DNA of 63,655 nucleotides, filler included, from Pirum gemmata (Eukaryota): NCBI GenBank assembly GCA_002812295.1. It is 18 parts of 18 records of this genome, joined end to end, with 100 filler letters (N's around TTAATTAATTAA, not from the genome) between each part and the next. Parts side by side here need not be neighbours in the genome. Positions count along the whole stretch, not along the records: positions 60,526 to 63,655 come from PDIN01003315.1; 17 more parts are not named here. One strand, 5' to 3'. Shown piece by piece: positions 61,827 to 63,655 of this stretch (position 1 is its first letter; each line of letters starts with the position of its first letter). The notes under the pieces were generated by a model. It saw only the letters and a program-made list of their open reading frames with translations, ran no database searches and was not told where the DNA came from. The position numbers and the translations under genes were made by a program.

Positions 61827-62533
61827 TATAATTACTACAACAACAACTAGTAATATTAATACTATTAATACTACAAATACTATTACTATAATTTACAACT
61901 ACAACTAAGTATACGACTACTACAACTATTCTACTACTACATGGAGTACTCAGTCCTCATATATCGACGTCTTTTCATTCATTATCTTGCTACTACTTAA
62001 CTACTCAATGACACAGCACATCCCCATACATACTTGCACATCTCTTGTACATCCCTGCATATCCCTGCACATAACATCAGTCTTTTATTTCCTCTGCTCA
62101 AACACACATATGGTGCTGATAACGAGATGGAAATCTCCAATAAAACAGAGCTAATAATAATAATAATATAATAATAATAGTTTTATAATAACAAAAATGA
62201 TAATTATATATAAATCGTACGCGTACGGGATTATCTTATTTTTTTTAAACAATATTGGCTTTTAATTAATATAAAATAACAAAAATAATCACTATATAAA
62301 TCGTACGAGATTATCAAATTTTAATCAACAATGTTGGTTTAATTATTAGATAACAAAAATAATAATTATAGATTTACATCCTAACGAAATTTTCAAATTT
62401 TAACAATGTTGGCTTTTAATTAAAATAACAAAAATAATAATTATTATATATAATATAAATAGTACGAGATTACCAAAATTAACAAAAGTTATTGTTTTTT
62501 AATTTATTATTAATATAATTGTATAATGCTATT

Positions 62534-63511
62534 TTATTTTAGTATATTTAATATAATTCTACTTCTAAAACACCAATGGCTTTTATCACTATGTTCTTCT
62601 TTGGTGCAGGAGTAAAATGTATTGAACCCTGTAAATCCAATTTTAATAACATTCCTGGAACAATCGAAACCAGTTCTATATTTCAAACACTCATTACCTG
62701 TAATAGAAGCGGTAACACACATCGATTCACCATTTTTGTTTATTGTCGTAATGTAAAAGTAGCCATCACCTTCGACACATAAAGCGGGTGCCTTGTTATG
62801 AAAATTCTGAGGAGTTATTGCATTATCAGCCTGGTCTAACAACGGAAATTTGGGACCGAAACCATCATGATTGGTACTTGCAAGTTTATATTGCGTAATA
62901 TCACTGCCTTCACTTCTACATCTTAATAAATTAGAAAAAGATTTACAACTTCCACTTCTTTCAGAAACACAGTAATATTTTCCTGGACCATGAGTGTACT
63001 GATAAGATTTGTAATAATAACTATAAAATCCGATAGGTCCAGCAGTAGCATTGTTATTAAAAAAGCACTCATAGTGAGTTGATTCTTTAGTACCCTTTGA
63101 CTTAAATTGTTTTACTAAACTAGGATAAAATTCTTTAAGGACAGTTTCACCGGAAAATTTGTAAATATCATTGTGTTTTTCTTCGTTTGGGAAAAACAAA
63201 TTACGAATACTATAATCCTCTAACTCAAAGCTGCTATATTCTTCACAACAGTATTGCAGAGAGCACGAACTTCCACATGGTTCGTAGGATCTGTCGGAAT
63301 CTGTACTCTTATAACCACTAAACAAACACATTGATATTGCATTTCGACTTCTATGGCATCCAGATCCACAACTGCGACGTTCACGTATGTTCGAGAGAGA
63401 TTCATATTGCGAATTCAGATAATCTACACAGTCTGTATTATTTGTTATTGTTAACGCCAAACATTTACTACTTAAAAAAATAAAACTTAAAAGAAAAATA
63501 AAAATGTTCAT
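62534..63511 (-). CDS. Secreted cysteine-rich protein of unknown family
   Basis: Hydrophobic signal peptide MNIFIFLLSFIFLSSKCLA, RERR site, many Cys, intronless 325 aa. Confidence 0.82.
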   Translation of the reverse strand: MNIFIFLLSFIFLSSKCLALTITNNTDCVDYLNSQYESLSNIRERRSCGSGCHRSRNAISMCLFSGYKSTDSDRSYEPCGSSCSLQYCCEEYSSFELEDYSIRNLFFPNEEKHNDIYKFSGETVLKEFYPSLVKQFKSKGTKESTHYECFFNNNATAGPIGFYSYYYKSYQYTHGPGKYYCVSERSGSCKSFSNLLRCRSEGSDITQYKLASTNHDGFGPKFPLLDQADNAITPQNFHNKAPALCVEGDGYFYITTINKNGESMCVTASITGNECLKYRTGFDCSRNVIKIGFTGFNTFYSCTKEEHSDKSHWCFRSRIILNILK

Positions 63512-63655
63512 TGTTTTGTAATGAATATTTTAATATTTCTTTTATAAAACTATTGTTATTAATTCTGCTATTATTTTTACTATTTGACACTATTATTACT
63601 CCTATTATTGTTTTTAATATTATTAATATTATTATTATTATTATTATTACTATTA

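Overview
This is not contiguous genome. It is 18 short contigs (mostly about 3.1-3.2 kb) of a very AT-rich, microsatellite-rich eukaryote, joined by 17 artificial 100-bp spacers (N44-TTAATTAATTAA-N44), so adjacency across spacers means nothing. GT-AG introns, TTAGGG repeats and a cysteine-type RNA triphosphatase suggest a non-fungal protist, possibly a unicellular holozoan (inference only). Apparently complete intronless genes: a secreted His-brace LPMO with a Pro/Thr linker, Cys-rich module and beta/gamma-crystallin-like tail (7308-8537); an RI-type LRR protein (45972-47999); an E2/UBC-fold protein lacking the catalytic Cys (48208-48663); a single-pass membrane protein with Tyr-repeat tail; and a secreted Cys-rich protein. 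Fragments and pseudogenes: SET-domain gene, rps25, LINE RT, Tc1/IS630-like transposase, alkyl-sulfatase C-terminal domain, DUSP11/capping-enzyme-like triphosphatase exons, CCCH+UIM exons and a mitochondrial-presequence exon. Intergenic DNA holds at least seven MITE-like families, one with about 25 copies. The most unusual non-coding signals are the 5' half of a group I intron beside a 565-bp palindrome, a cluster of G.U-rich hairpins at 31.3 kb, and a 3.1-kb contig with identical ends (circular or tandem). All homology calls are by-eye motif recognition; no searches were run.
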